Assembly (NCBI GenBank): GCA_027490345.1
Contig: JAIXYF010000489.1
Span: forward strand, 1 to 36,959
From: Novosphingobium sp.
Lineage (GTDB): Bacteria > Pseudomonadota > Alphaproteobacteria > Sphingomonadales > Sphingomonadaceae
Length of the DNA stretch: 36,959 nucleotides
Direction: 5' to 3'
Position 1 is the first letter of the stretch; the number at the start of each line of letters is the position of its first letter. The position numbers were made by a program, and so were the translations under genes. The notes beneath the pieces are model-generated. The model ran no database searches. It was not told where the DNA came from and saw only the letters and a program-made list of their open reading frames with translations. This document shows positions 10,269 to 21,127 of the stretch, one piece after another.

Positions 10269-11861
10269 TCAGTGCCGGAAATGGCGCATCCCGGTAAAGA
10301 CCATGGCAATCCCGGCGGCATCTGCCGCTGCAATCACTTCGTCATCACGAATTGATCCGCCCGGCTGGATCACCGCCGTTGCTCCGGCTTCGACTGCTGC
10401 CAGCAGACCGTCCGCAAAGGGAAAAAACGCGTCTGACGCGACTGCCGAGCCAACCGTGCGTGGGATATCCCAGCCATGCGTTTCCGCGGCTTCCTGCGCT
10501 TTCACCGCCGCGATCCTTGCACTGTCGCGCCGGTTCATCTGGCCCGCGCCGATCCCTGCGGTCACGCCTTCGCGGGCATAGACGATCGCGTTGGACTTGA
10601 CGTGCTTCGCCACCGTCCAGGCGAACCGGCAGTCGGCCAGTTCCTGTGCGGTTGGCTGGCGCTTGGTGACCACTTTAAGCATGTCTTCGGTGAGGATGCC
10701 ATTGTCCCGGTCCTGCACCAGCAGTCCGCCAATGATCGGGACCGTGATGAGGCCGCTGCGCTTGGCCTCGGGGAGCGAGTCGATCAGTAGCAGGCGCAAA
10801 TTCTTCTTGCGGGCGAACACCGCGCGTGCAGTTTCATCCGCGCCAGGGGCCACAACAACTTCGGTGAAGATTTCGCAGATGGCCTCAGCCGTCGGGCCAT
10901 CAAGCGGCCGGTTCAAAGCAACGATGCCCCCGAAGGCCGAGACCGAATCGCAAGCGAGCGCGGCCTGCCAAGCTGCCAGCGGTGTTGCCGCCACGGCCAC
11001 GCCGCAGGGATTGGCGTGTTTGACGATCACCACGGCGGGTTGATCCGTGCCGAACTCGGCCATCAGTTCAAGTGCCGCGTTGGCGTCGTTGTAATTGTTG
11101 TAGGACAGTTCCTTGCCTTGCAGTTGCCGGGCCTGGGGCAGGCCGCTGACGCCGCTGCCTTGCGCGGGCACATAGAGCGCGGCGCTTTGATGCGGGTTCT
11201 CACCGTAACGCAGGGCCGAGACGAGCTTGCTGGCGCCGAGCAGAGTGGCGGGGAAGTGGTGTTGCTGGTCGGTCAGCGCAAACCATTGTGCTATGGCCGC
11301 ATCATAGGCTGCCGTAGCGGCAAAGGCCTTGGCCGCCATCGCCTTGCGAAAATCGAGCGTGGTGGCCCCGCCGCTGCGGTCCATCGCCTCTGCCAGCGCC
11401 GCATAATCAGCCGGGTCCGTCACAATGGTCACATAGCGATGGTTCTTGGCCGCAGAGCGCACCATCGAAGGGCCGCCGATGTCGATGTTCTCGATCACTT
11501 CGTCGCGCTCTGCGCCCTTGGCCACCGTGGCGGTGAACGGATAGAGGTTTACGACTACCAGATCGATTGCGCCGATGGCGTGCTCTGCCATTGCGGCAGC
11601 ATGAGCGGCATCATCGCGCACGGCCAGCAGGCCGCCATGCACTTTGGGATGGAGCGTCTTGACCCGGCCATCCATCATTTCGGGGAAGCCGGTCAGTTCA
11701 GAGATATCGCGTACGGCCAGACCGGCCTCACGCAGGGCCGCCGCGGTCCCGCCGGTCGAAACAAGCTCGACGCCATGCGCGGCAAGGGCGCTGCCGAGCT
11801 CTACAAGGCCGCTTTTATCGGACACTGAAAGCAGCGCCCGCTTGATCGTTACGTCAGTCAC
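10269..11861 (-). CDS. purH: Bifunctional AICAR transformylase / IMP cyclohydrolase
   Basis: [50 protein letters not shown]. Confidence 0.99.
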   Translation of the reverse strand: MTDVTIKRALLSVSDKSGLVELGSALAAHGVELVSTGGTAAALREAGLAVRDISELTGFPEMMDGRVKTLHPKVHGGLLAVRDDAAHAAAMAEHAIGAIDLVVVNLYPFTATVAKGAERDEVIENIDIGGPSMVRSAAKNHRYVTIVTDPADYAALAEAMDRSGGATTLDFRKAMAAKAFAATAAYDAAIAQWFALTDQQHHFPATLLGASKLVSALRYGENPHQSAALYVPAQGSGVSGLPQARQLQGKELSYNNYNDANAALELMAEFGTDQPAVVIVKHANPCGVAVAATPLAAWQAALACDSVSAFGGIVALNRPLDGPTAEAICEIFTEVVVAPGADETARAVFARKKNLRLLLIDSLPEAKRSGLITVPIIGGLLVQDRDNGILTEDMLKVVTKRQPTAQELADCRFAWTVAKHVKSNAIVYAREGVTAGIGAGQMNRRDSARIAAVKAQEAAETHGWDIPRTVGSAVASDAFFPFADGLLAAVEAGATAVIQPGGSIRDDEVIAAADAAGIAMVFTGMRHFRH

Positions 11862-11876
11862 GTTGAAGAATCCTGT

Positions 11877-13799
11877 CTAGCGCATCTTCTTGAGCAGCCA
11901 CGAGAACACCTCGCCGCTGCGGGGGATCTTGGCGGAAATGACCAGTTGGCGCGCTGCGAGCGGGCGGCCCATGCTATCGGCCCAGATACTTTCCTCAAGC
12001 GTCACCGGATCGCGGCCCGAGCGGAATTGCCAGAGACTGCCATCGGGCAGGGCCAACGTGACGCCAAGCCCGTCGCGGCCCTGCGCAAGCTCGATATGAG
12101 GGCCAAGGTGGAAGCGCAAGGCTACGCCGATCATCCCTCGCTTGCCGCGCCGCCCGGTGGGCACCAGCAAATCTTCGCCGCGCAGTTCGCTGCCATCGTC
12201 GCGCAGGATCAGGATGCGGCGGTGGGTGAGGCCGTAGCGCGCGACATAGCCATTATGGCTGGCCTCGATCCGCGTTGCTCCCGCGCCTTCGCCGGTCAAT
12301 ATCCGCCGGTCTACCTCCACTTCCGAGACGCCGGCGCCAAGCTTGCCATTAATGAGAACGGCAGTGGAATTGAAATCGTCGATTGCGAGGGTCGAGTGCG
12401 CTGCGGTTGCGCGCAAACCCTGCGCGAGGCGCAAGGGGATCAGGCCCCCAGCAAACGCGGCGCCGCCGCAATTGACGATGAGTCGTTCGGCGCCCTGGCT
12501 AAACTCGAACGCCAGCGTGGAGGCGCAGCCATCGCGTGCATGGCGGGCCAGCGGCGGGGGTGCGGCATCGAATTGGAGAACGGTCTTGCCCGCGCTGACT
12601 CGCTGGTAGCCCCAGTGGCGTGCATCGCGGAGCGGCCGCGTGCGAACGCCGCTTGCTTTTATCAATCCGGCGATCCGGTCTGACGAAACAGCACCGGCGC
12701 CTTGCCATGACCCGAGTCCGCCATCGCCGTGCTGCAATGTCAGCAAGGGGGGAACCAGAAGCTCGAGGATCGCATCGATCTGGGGCGGTGGTGTGCTGCG
12801 CACGGCAGCATAGCAGGCGCGCAGCTCAACCAGCAGCTCAATCACCTCGATCTGGCCAAGCGGGCTGCGCGAAAGCACGCCGCCATCATCACTGACCAGA
12901 TCGCCGAGGGCGCGGATCAGCTTGCCCTCGCCATAGAGCCGGCGGGAACGGCCTTCGGCGAGCAGCAGCCCGGCAGCGGTGATGGCGGTCCACCCCGCCA
13001 CTTCGGCAAGCGTGTCTTCTGCCCGCCCGGCATGGCGATCCAGCCAGCGTGCAGTATCTTCGAACGTGGTGAGCACACGCGCCCGCAACTTTCGGTCCTG
13101 ACTGGACAGAAGCAGCGGCGCGTGGACCAGCCAGTTGAGCAGACGGTGCCCGGTATTGCCGATGGCCCATGCCGGACCGGCGCCAGGGCCCGGGTTGGCA
13201 GCCAGCCAAGCAGCAAAGATGCGTTCGGCGACCGGAACACCCTGCTGGCGGGCGGCGCAACTTGCCAGATCGCCCAGCCAGCCAAAGCCATGGACCAGCC
13301 GTTCGAACGGCGGAGACAGGCGCGGGCCGGAAAACTCGGTATCGACGATGGCCAGCTTGACGCCATGAAGCAGGAAATGCCCTGCCCTGAGTGCTGTGCC
13401 CGAAGCGGGATCACCAGTCAGTGGGCTGGCTACCGTTGCGGTCAGGCGGGGGCGGCTGCGCTTGCGAAAGGGATTCAGCGCGGAAGACGGCAGGCCAAGA
13501 CCATATGCGAGGCGGATCAACCGCTCGCCGGCGCTGACCTGCGGCGGCGAAAAATCGGCTATTGCCAGAGCGCGGCCGGGTTCCAGCGGCAGCACATCCG
13601 AATCGGCTGAAATGCCCGCTGTCTGTGCTTCAAGGAAGGGCTGGCTTTCCTTGTGCGGGTCGATGACCAGCGGTTCCAGGCCCCGAGTTAGCGGGAGCGC
13701 CTTACGCTGCGCGCCTTGATCGACCGACGGATCCGCTGCAGACCCAAGAACCGCACCCTTGTCCCGGGCATCGCGTGATCCGGGGTGTATACCCGCCAT
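11877..13799 (-). CDS. Heparinase II/III-family protein
   Basis: C-terminal STLAFEFS...LIVNCG...LRATAAHSTL, ASHNGY, ALRFHL; usual neighbour of purH in alphaproteobacteria; start 4 nt after the rpe stop. Confidence 0.85.
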   Translation of the reverse strand: MAGIHPGSRDARDKGAVLGSAADPSVDQGAQRKALPLTRGLEPLVIDPHKESQPFLEAQTAGISADSDVLPLEPGRALAIADFSPPQVSAGERLIRLAYGLGLPSSALNPFRKRSRPRLTATVASPLTGDPASGTALRAGHFLLHGVKLAIVDTEFSGPRLSPPFERLVHGFGWLGDLASCAARQQGVPVAERIFAAWLAANPGPGAGPAWAIGNTGHRLLNWLVHAPLLLSSQDRKLRARVLTTFEDTARWLDRHAGRAEDTLAEVAGWTAITAAGLLLAEGRSRRLYGEGKLIRALGDLVSDDGGVLSRSPLGQIEVIELLVELRACYAAVRSTPPPQIDAILELLVPPLLTLQHGDGGLGSWQGAGAVSSDRIAGLIKASGVRTRPLRDARHWGYQRVSAGKTVLQFDAAPPPLARHARDGCASTLAFEFSQGAERLIVNCGGAAFAGGLIPLRLAQGLRATAAHSTLAIDDFNSTAVLINGKLGAGVSEVEVDRRILTGEGAGATRIEASHNGYVARYGLTHRRILILRDDGSELRGEDLLVPTGRRGKRGMIGVALRFHLGPHIELAQGRDGLGVTLALPDGSLWQFRSGRDPVTLEESIWADSMGRPLAARQLVISAKIPRSGEVFSWLLKKMR

Positions 13800-13803
13800 C
13801 GTC

Positions 13804-14466
13804 TCAGTCAAAGCCTTTGAGGGCGGCGATATTGGCGCTGTAGCAAGCGGCACCGCCCTTGAACGATGCCGTGCCTGCGACCAGCACATCGGCGCCCGCA
13901 TCGCAGCATTGCCGGGCCGTGGTGGTATCGACCCCGCCATCGACTTCAAGCTGGATGGTGCGACCCGTCTTGTCGATCATCTTGCGGATCGCTTCAATCT
14001 TGCGCATCTGGCTGGCAATGAAACTTTGCCCGCCGAAGCCGGGATTGACGCTCATGACCAGGACCAGATCGATCTCGTCGATCAGGTAATCGAGCGTCTT
14101 GGCGGGCGTTGCGGGATTGAGTGCAATTCCCGCCTTCTTGCCCAGCGTGTGGATGGCCTGGACCGTGCGGTGGATATGCGGGCCAGCTTCCGGATGCACA
14201 GTGATGATATCTGCACCGGCCGAGGCGAACGCTTCGAGATATACATCCACCGGTGCAACCATGAGGTGCACGTCGAACGGTTTTGCGCTGTGCGGCCGCA
14301 GCGCCTTGACGACGCCCGGACCGATGGTGATGTTCGGCACGAAGTGGCCATCCATCACATCGATATGGATCCAGTCGGCACCCGCCTCATCGATTGCTCG
14401 CACTTCTTCGCCAAGCCGGGCAAAATCGGCAGAAAGGATTGAGGGGGCAATCAGCGGCGCAGCCAT
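13804..14466 (-). CDS. rpe: Ribulose-phosphate 3-epimerase
   Basis: [41 protein letters not shown]. Confidence 0.98.
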   Translation of the reverse strand: MAAPLIAPSILSADFARLGEEVRAIDEAGADWIHIDVMDGHFVPNITIGPGVVKALRPHSAKPFDVHLMVAPVDVYLEAFASAGADIITVHPEAGPHIHRTVQAIHTLGKKAGIALNPATPAKTLDYLIDEIDLVLVMSVNPGFGGQSFIASQMRKIEAIRKMIDKTGRTIQLEVDGGVDTTTARQCCDAGADVLVAGTASFKGGAACYSANIAALKGFD

Positions 14467-14489
14467 CACGAAAACTCGCAAACTGGAAT

Positions 14490-14519
14490 CAAATCAGGTC
14501 CGCACAAATCAGGATCGCA
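14490..14519. repeat. 2 x 15-bp tandem repeat upstream of rpe
   Basis: caaatcaggtccgca / caaatcaggatcgca. Confidence 0.7.
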
Positions 14520-14786
14520 CTCTGGCGCGCACGGAGGCATCTATGTCGTGTTTGTGAATACCGGCGGCGAATCGGCGGAACAAGCGCAGTTGCCTCGCTT
14601 TTCCACACGCAATGTCCCTATTTGCGGCCGTTTCGGCGCAAAGCCGGACCAAGTTTGGGCGATCCTCCGCACGCTTGCCAAAAGGGCAGGCGAAAGGTTG
14701 GTCTTGCCGAACCGGCCCCGACACGACTATTCCCGGGATACACCGCGTAGTATCGCCAAGGTGAAGGCGCTTTCGGGAAGAATGCC

Positions 14787-15275
14787 ATGATTTTGCCGAA
14801 GTTGCGCCATGCCGCAGCCGTCGCGCTGGGATTGTTCGTTGCGCATGGAACTCTTGCATCGTCGGCCCGTGCGGCCCCAGCTTGCATCGGGCCGGCCAGT
14901 GAGACGTGGATCAATCTCACGATCGACCGGGTGCGAAACGGCAAGGGGTTGATCACTGCCACGCTTTATCCGAACGAGCCCACGCGCTTTCTCGTCAAGA
15001 ATGGCTCGTTATACGTGGCAAGCACGCAGGCGGCGGCAGGCCAGACTCGTTTCTGCCTGTTTGTTCCCCGTCCGGGTACCTATGCCATAGCGATCTACCA
15101 TGACGAGGATTCCTCCGGCACGATCAACCGCGGCGGATTGTTCGGCATTCCGAGTGAAGCGGTGGGTTTTTCCAACAACCCCACGATCTTGTTCGGCCCG
15201 CCTGCGCTCCGGTCGGTTGCTTTCAAGGTCGACAGCGCCAATCAGGCGATGACCATCAGGCTCAAGAAATTTTGA
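14787..15275 (+). CDS. DUF2141 domain exported protein
   Basis: Signal peptide; PGTYAIAIYHDED...GIPSEAVGFSNNP...GPP signature. Confidence 0.88.
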   Translation: MILPKLRHAAAVALGLFVAHGTLASSARAAPACIGPASETWINLTIDRVRNGKGLITATLYPNEPTRFLVKNGSLYVASTQAAAGQTRFCLFVPRPGTYAIAIYHDEDSSGTINRGGLFGIPSEAVGFSNNPTILFGPPALRSVAFKVDSANQAMTIRLKKF

Positions 15276-15284
15276 CCCGACCGG

Positions 15285-16025
15285 TCAGCTGACAGCAAAC
15301 GCTGCAGCGAGGTGACGCGGCGCCAGCTCTTCGGCTAGCGCGTGCGCGCGGGGATCATCCACGTCCATCCACCACGCGCCTCTGATCTCGTGGGTCGCGG
15401 CACGGCCCCTGTCTGCCAGCCACTGCATGCCATCGGAAAGACTGCCTGACTTGCCCAACGCAATGGCTGCGCCGATGGCTTCGGCCAAACGGGGCGTTGC
15501 GAGGAACGCGCCGCAATCGACCGCGTCCCATGCTGTAATCGTCTTGCCAATGGCCGTGATGAACCCGCTTTCATCGGTTTGCACCCAAGTTGCATCGTCC
15601 GGATCGATGAGGGGATTGGCTGTCCACCGGTCAATGGCCAGCGTCACATCGCGGGTTGCGCTTCCCGTCGCCAGAAGCGCCGCAAGCATGGAGCTTTCGA
15701 ACATGTGGTCGGCCATCATCAGCAGATAATCTCCGTGGCACAAGGCTGCACCGGCCATGACCGAATGGCCGTTGGGCTTGCTCCAGTCGGCAACCCGAAT
15801 CGTCTCCACGGTGACGGCAACACGCCGCGCCAGGCCGGCAAGAAACGCTTCGACTTCATCAGCCCGGTGACCGGTGACCACGACCACCCGCGTGACTCCT
15901 GCAGCGGCAGCCTGGCGGATCCCGATCTCGATCAGCGGGACGCCGCACACGGGCGTCAGCGGCTTCGACGGTGAGAGTGAGGCCAGCCTGCTGCCATATC
16001 CTGCGGCAATGATCACGGCATCCAT
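15285..16025 (-). CDS. NTP transferase (IPCT/LicC-like sugar-phosphate cytidylyltransferase)
   Basis: AVIIAAGYGSRL...SKPL, NGHS, LLMMADH, DDATWV, AVDCGAF, WMDVDDP; directly downstream of ino1; GAGGA RBS. Confidence 0.85.
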   Translation of the reverse strand: MDAVIIAAGYGSRLASLSPSKPLTPVCGVPLIEIGIRQAAAAGVTRVVVVTGHRADEVEAFLAGLARRVAVTVETIRVADWSKPNGHSVMAGAALCHGDYLLMMADHMFESSMLAALLATGSATRDVTLAIDRWTANPLIDPDDATWVQTDESGFITAIGKTITAWDAVDCGAFLATPRLAEAIGAAIALGKSGSLSDGMQWLADRGRAATHEIRGAWWMDVDDPRAHALAEELAPRHLAAAFAVS

Positions 16026-16069
16026 CGGTGGGATCCTCTGTTCGGGCCGGTGGGCGGCCCGCAAACGAA

Positions 16070-16099
16070 CGGCGCCGGCCCCGCAAAGGACCGGCGCCG
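16070..16099 (-). terminator. Intrinsic terminator-like hairpin after ino1
   Basis: Minus strand: CGGCGCCGGTCC-tttgcg-GGGCCGGCGCCG followed by TTCGTTT. Confidence 0.65.
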
Positions 16100-16121
16100 C
16101 CAGTTTTCCGTTATCGGACGC

Positions 16122-17222
16122 TTACTCGGCTGCGAGTGCGGTTTCCGAAATGTATTCATCGACCAGCTGGGCAGCCACATCATCGTTGAACTGCTGCGGC
16201 GGGTGCTTGCAGAAGTAGGCCGACGGCCCGATCAGGGCGCCGCCCTCACCGCGCTCAAGCGCAACCTTGCAGCAACGGATAGCATCCATGACGCAAGCCG
16301 CCGAGTTCGGGCTGTCTTCGACCGAAAGGCGCAGCTCGAGGTTCATCGGGACATTGCCCCACTGGGTGCCTTCCAGGCGCAGGAAGCACAGCTTGTTGTC
16401 CTTCTGCCACGGCACATAGTCCGAGGGGCCGACGTGAATGTTCTCGTCGGCCAGGCGCTGTGCCAGCATGGCCTGCACGGCTTCGGTCTTCGATTCCTTC
16501 TTCGAGCCGAGGCGCTGGCGATCCAGCATGTTCATGAAGTCGGTGTTGCCGCCAGTGTTCAGCTGGTAGGTCTTTTCGACCGTCACGCCGCGCGCGCCGA
16601 ACAGGCTGGAAAGGACGCGGTGGACGATGGTGGCACCGACCTGCGCCTTGATATCGTCGCCCACGATCGGGATCCGCTTGGCGCGGAACTTCGCTTCCCA
16701 TTCCGGACGGCTGGCGATGAACACCGGCATGCAGTTAACGACACCGACGCCCGCTTCGAGCGCGCATTCCATATAGAATTCGGTCGCCGTTTCCGAGCCG
16801 ACGGGCAGGAAGTTGAGCAGCACTTCCGCGCCGGTTTCCCGCAGGGCTGCCACGATGGATTCGCGCGTGGCTTCCGGGGCATCCGAGACGATGAAGCCGC
16901 GTTCACCCATGCCGGTCATGTGATCGGCGACGCCATCGAGGATCTTGCCCATCATCACCTTGGCGCCTGTGGCAGGCACGGTCGACTGGAACACAGCGGT
17001 GCAGTTGGGCGCGGCGAAGATAGCCTCCGCGATGTCCTTGCCGACCTTGCGCGCATCGACATCGACGCCCATCACGAACTCGACATCGCCAGCGCCGTAG
17101 CCGCCAATCCGTTCATGGATCAGGCCCGCGGAAGAGTTGGTGTTCCGATAGAATTCTACACCCTGCACCAGCGAGCTTGCGCAGTTGCCCACGCCGATCA
17201 CTGCGACCTTGATTGGCTTCAT
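16122..17222 (-). CDS. ino1: Myo-inositol-1-phosphate (inositol-3-phosphate) synthase
   Basis: GVGNCASSLVQG, LPVGS, GDDIKAQVGATIVHR, QLNTGGNTDF, SKKESKT, GPSDYVPW, DSPNSA, YFCKHPP. Confidence 0.96.
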   Translation of the reverse strand: MKPIKVAVIGVGNCASSLVQGVEFYRNTNSSAGLIHERIGGYGAGDVEFVMGVDVDARKVGKDIAEAIFAAPNCTAVFQSTVPATGAKVMMGKILDGVADHMTGMGERGFIVSDAPEATRESIVAALRETGAEVLLNFLPVGSETATEFYMECALEAGVGVVNCMPVFIASRPEWEAKFRAKRIPIVGDDIKAQVGATIVHRVLSSLFGARGVTVEKTYQLNTGGNTDFMNMLDRQRLGSKKESKTEAVQAMLAQRLADENIHVGPSDYVPWQKDNKLCFLRLEGTQWGNVPMNLELRLSVEDSPNSAACVMDAIRCCKVALERGEGGALIGPSAYFCKHPPQQFNDDVAAQLVDEYISETALAAE

Positions 17223-17574
17223 TTAACCCGATCCCCTTGGACAAACGGAATGCCGTTGTAACTAAACTGCCTCACTCCACACAAAAGCACCAGATTGCAA
17301 GGATATTTCCGCAGCGTCACGCAAGCGGGGATCAAGCGGCGGCTGACAAGGCGCGCAGGGGCTTTGCTGCATTGGCGAAAGAAAGCGACTCTGCTCACGC
17401 GCGAATTGCCCCTAGAACCATTGACTTTTCGTGAGATATCCAGGCCTTCTGCATCGATTGAGGGCTACCGCCCAAAGAATGATGCGTTGCGATGCCAGGC
17501 ACTCGTTATGCCTCGCATTCGGGCCCTTTTTGCGGGTCTGCAACCGTCAGAAACCACCGGTCGTTAGTCACGAA

Positions 17575-18474
17575 TCATCGCGCCGCGTTCTCGCTGAGCC
17601 TGCCCAGCAGCAGCGCGGCGGCGATGAGCCCCATGCCCAGCGCGTCAAGCGCGCCCATCATCTCGCCAAAGACCAGCCAGCCCAGCACAATCGCAACGGC
17701 AGGCTGGGTGAGCAGCACGACACCGATAATGAGTGCGGAAAAATGGCGCAGGGCAAAGACGATCAGGCCCTGCCCGACCACCTGGCTGCACAGCGCGAGT
17801 GCGACCAGCGGCCACCAGACATGGGGCCAGACCGGCTCACCCAGTGCCAGTGCGATTCCCAGCATGACTGGTGCACTGGCCAGAGTGGAGGCAAACAGCA
17901 AGCCCCAGCTTTCGAACTGTCCGCGCGCGCCCTGAATCAGGAGGATGTAGAAGAAATAGAAGACACCGGCGAGGATGCAGAACAGATCTCCGATCAGCGT
18001 GGCGTGATCGATTTCCAGCGAACGGCCAAGCAGGATCGCGGCCCCGCTGACCGCGGCCGCAATGGCGCCAAGTTCGATAAGGCGGGGCAGGCGGCGTGCT
18101 GCGACCAATCCCCAGACCATCAGGATCAAGCTTCCGGAATTACCGAACAACGAGGCATTGCCCAGCCGAGTATAAGCGATTCCGATGTGCCAGCTGGCCA
18201 GATCGAGCGCGAACAGCACACCTGCCGTCGCAATGAGCAACCACGCGGTGCGCCCGGGCTTCGGCCCGGTCCGTGGCCGGTGTTGCCGCAGAGCGAGCAA
18301 AGCGAGGATCGGCAGCGGCAGGAACAGACGCCAGAATCCAGCGGCCACCGGTCCTGAATCCGCCACCCGCACAAACCATGGCCCCAGCGCGAGCGCAAAG
18401 TTGCCGCCAAGCAACGCTATGAAATGCCAGGGATTCGGACGCGCAGGCGCGCGTGGGTCAGCGATGTTCGTCAT
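17575..18474 (-). CDS. DMT/EamA family transporter
   Basis: About 10 hydrophobic segments with EamA duplication (AGFWRL; GVVLLTQP...LVFGE). Confidence 0.88.
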   Translation of the reverse strand: MTNIADPRAPARPNPWHFIALLGGNFALALGPWFVRVADSGPVAAGFWRLFLPLPILALLALRQHRPRTGPKPGRTAWLLIATAGVLFALDLASWHIGIAYTRLGNASLFGNSGSLILMVWGLVAARRLPRLIELGAIAAAVSGAAILLGRSLEIDHATLIGDLFCILAGVFYFFYILLIQGARGQFESWGLLFASTLASAPVMLGIALALGEPVWPHVWWPLVALALCSQVVGQGLIVFALRHFSALIIGVVLLTQPAVAIVLGWLVFGEMMGALDALGMGLIAAALLLGRLSENAAR

Positions 18475-18726
18475 GGTCCGCTGGTTAACTCGCGCTTGTC
18501 ATGCGGACACCGGCATCCTAACTGGGTTGCAAATGGAAACCCTGTCGTGCGCAACGGGGTCAGGCTGAGAGGTTTGGTCGTGCGTCTGCTGGCGCGAAGA
18601 CCCGTCGAAGCCATGGGCCATAGTGCGCCGATGCGGGTTACCCAAGCCCCCCCGCTCCGGTCGCTTGCGGCTAAGGCAATTTTTCACGTCGATCCAGCCA
18701 TTCCAATACACGAAGGGAACCGCCCG

Positions 18727-19836
18727 ATGCATGAACCGCTTTTCCAACCGATCCAGCTTGGGGCGATTGCCGTGCCGAACCGCATCATCATGGCACCGCT
18801 GACGCGCGGGCGCGCTCTGCCTGATGGCGTGCCGACCGAGATCATGCAGACATACTACAGCCAGCGGGCGGGCGCGGGCCTGATCATCAGCGAGGCGACC
18901 GGCATCAGCCGCGAGGGACTTGGCTGGCCGAGCGCGCCGGGCATCTGGTCCGACGCGCAGGTCGAGGCGTGGAAACCGGTCACGGAAGCCGTTCACAACG
19001 CCGGCGGCCGCATAATCCTGCAACTGTGGCACATGGGCCGGATCGTCCATCCCTATTTCCTTGGCGGGGAACTGGCCGTTTCTGCTTCTGCCACGCGTGC
19101 TCCGGGCCACGCCCATACACCCGAAGGGCGCATGGACAACGTCGATGCACGCCCTTTGCGTCTCGATGAAATGCCGCGGATCGTCGACGACTACGGCCGT
19201 GCAGCCGAGAATGCAAAGCGGGCCGGGTTTGATGGCGTCCAACTTCACGCTGCCAACGGGTATCTGATCGACCAGTTTCTGCGCGATTCCTCGAACCTTC
19301 GTGACGACGATTATGGCGGCAGCCCCGCAAATCGCGTGCGGCTGATGCGCGAGGTAATGGAGCGCCTGGTGTCGATCTGGGGCGCGGACCGCGCCTCGAT
19401 CCGGCTCTCTCCCAATGGCGAGAGCCAGGGCGTGGACGACAGCGATCCCGCCACGCTCTATGCAGAAGCAGCGCAGGTGCTTGAGGCGCTCAAGGTTTCG
19501 TTTGTGGAACTGCGCCAGCCAGGGCCCGAGGGCACCTTTGGCGCGACGACCGTTCCGCCACAGGACCATGTGATCCGTGCGCACTATTCCGGTCCGTTGA
19601 TCCTCAACAGCGACTATACGCCCGAAGATGCCTCCGCCGATGTCGCCTCGGGCCGGGCGGATGCCATCAGCTTTGGCAGGCCTTACATCTCAAACCCCGA
19701 TCTGGTTGAGCGTATCCGTGTTGGTGCAGCGCTGGCGCCCAACATTGGTGTGCCGCAGACGTGGTATTTTCCGGGTGAAGCGGGTTATATCGATTATCCC
19801 ACACTGGCCGAGGAGGCCGCTCGCGCCACAGCCTGA
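18727..19836 (+). CDS. Old yellow enzyme / alkene reductase (NemA-like)
   Basis: NRIIMAPLTR, YYSQRA, QLWHMGR, HAANGYLIDQF, FGRPYISNPDL, GYIDYP; GAAGGG RBS. Confidence 0.94.
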   Translation: MHEPLFQPIQLGAIAVPNRIIMAPLTRGRALPDGVPTEIMQTYYSQRAGAGLIISEATGISREGLGWPSAPGIWSDAQVEAWKPVTEAVHNAGGRIILQLWHMGRIVHPYFLGGELAVSASATRAPGHAHTPEGRMDNVDARPLRLDEMPRIVDDYGRAAENAKRAGFDGVQLHAANGYLIDQFLRDSSNLRDDDYGGSPANRVRLMREVMERLVSIWGADRASIRLSPNGESQGVDDSDPATLYAEAAQVLEALKVSFVELRQPGPEGTFGATTVPPQDHVIRAHYSGPLILNSDYTPEDASADVASGRADAISFGRPYISNPDLVERIRVGAALAPNIGVPQTWYFPGEAGYIDYPTLAEEAARATA

Positions 19837-19869
19837 CGGCAGGGCCGGGCGCGTTAACAGGAGCACGAC

Positions 19870-20754
19870 ATGCGCACGATTCCGCGATCCTGGCTCTTCG
19901 TTCCCGGCGATAGCGAGAAGAAGCTGCTCAAGACGCCGGAGACGGGCGCCCATGCGCTGATTGTCGATCTGGAAGACGCAGTTGCGCCTACCGCCAAGCC
20001 AGTCGCGCGCCGCCTGACGCGCGACTGGCTGGAGGCGCACAAGCGCCAGATCACCATGCGCAAGCAGTCGCGCTGGGTGCGGATCAATGCGGTCGAAACC
20101 GGCCTTTGGCGAGAAGACCTTGCCGCAGTAATGGCGGGCGCGCCGGAAGGAATCATGCTGCCCAAGGCGGATGGGCCAGAGCAGATCCGGCAGGTTGCCG
20201 CCGAGATCTATGAACATGAGCAGCGCAATGGCATTCCCAATGGCCAGACCAAGCTCTTGCCGCTGGTGAGCGAGACGCCGCGTGCCGCGCTGACCATCAC
20301 GGCCTATATGGATGCCTCCATGCCCCGGCTGGCCGGGCTGGCATGGGGGGCCGAAGACCTTTCGGCCGAACTCGGCGCTTCGCGCAAACGGGATACCGAT
20401 GGCCAGTGGACCGATGCGTTCCGGTTCGTACGGGCGCAGACCTTGCTGGTCGCACATGCCCGGGGCGTGTGGGCAATCGATACGCTCTATGCCGATTTTC
20501 GTGACGTTGAAGGTTCCCGGCGCGCAGCCGAAGCTGCCCGGGCGGATGGCTTTGCGGGCATGCTGGCCATCCATCCCTCACAGGTTGCGCTAATCAACGC
20601 AGCGTTCACGCCGAGCGAAGAAGAACTCGCCAACGCGCGCGCTATTGTTGATGCCTTCGCGGCAAATCCGGGGGTAGGAGCGATTCAATTGAACGGGCGG
20701 ATGCTGGACCAACCCCATTTGCGTCTGGCCCGGGCCGTGCTCGGGATCGATTAG
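19870..20754 (+). CDS. CitE/HpcH-HpaI family CoA-ester lyase (citrate lyase beta / malyl-CoA lyase-like)
   Basis: RSWLFVPGD, DLEDAV, VRIN, WGAEDL, AIHPSQ, MLDQPH. Confidence 0.92.
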   Translation: MRTIPRSWLFVPGDSEKKLLKTPETGAHALIVDLEDAVAPTAKPVARRLTRDWLEAHKRQITMRKQSRWVRINAVETGLWREDLAAVMAGAPEGIMLPKADGPEQIRQVAAEIYEHEQRNGIPNGQTKLLPLVSETPRAALTITAYMDASMPRLAGLAWGAEDLSAELGASRKRDTDGQWTDAFRFVRAQTLLVAHARGVWAIDTLYADFRDVEGSRRAAEAARADGFAGMLAIHPSQVALINAAFTPSEEELANARAIVDAFAANPGVGAIQLNGRMLDQPHLRLARAVLGID

Positions 20755-20770
20755 CGCCTAAAAACCCGCC

Positions 20771-21106
20771 TTAGGGCACGTCAGGCTTGGTACTTGTTGC
20801 AGGCTTGGGCGTGGCCGGTGCCCCGGTTGCCGGGGCGGTATCGGCCAGTGCTGGTTCGTCGATGGCGCCCTTGGACGCGTCGGCGCTCGCGTCTGCCTTG
20901 GTCGATGCCGTGCGAGCCACAGGCGCGAGCGGTGCTTCTGCCTTAGAACCGCTGGTATCCAGCATGGCATCGCTGACCGAGCCGGGCAGGATTTCTCCGC
21001 TCGCCGTCGAACCCGCCTGCGGCGCGGTTGACGTGCCGCAGGCGCCAAGAAGCAGCACCGTGGCAAGCGCGGCTGCAAGGGCAATGGTTGGCAGCAAGCG
21101 GGTCAT
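20771..21106 (-). CDS. Small Ala/Pro/Thr-rich lipoprotein
   Basis: Lipobox LLGAC after a hydrophobic signal; ASGEILPGSVSDAM core; AAGGA RBS. Confidence 0.7.
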   Translation of the reverse strand: MTRLLPTIALAAALATVLLLGACGTSTAPQAGSTASGEILPGSVSDAMLDTSGSKAEAPLAPVARTASTKADASADASKGAIDEPALADTAPATGAPATPKPATSTKPDVP

Positions 21107-21127
21107 GGCAGTTCCTTGGTAGCCGGA

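Noticed and set aside
11862-11876. ZMP/ZTP riboswitch upstream of purH
   Set aside because: Only 15 bp separate purH from the upstream gene.
11877-13799. Heparinase II/III gene as a novel polysaccharide-utilisation locus
   Set aside because: It is a routine neighbour of rpe/purH in alphaproteobacteria, with no transporter or other CAZyme genes alongside.
18681-18695. parS-like site (TTTCACGT...)
   Set aside because: Only half of the GTTTCACGTGAAAC palindrome matches.
16050-19584. Long ORFs 16050..17261(+), 17431..18357(+) and 18499..19584(-)
   Set aside because: Antisense to ino1, the DMT gene and the OYE gene respectively.
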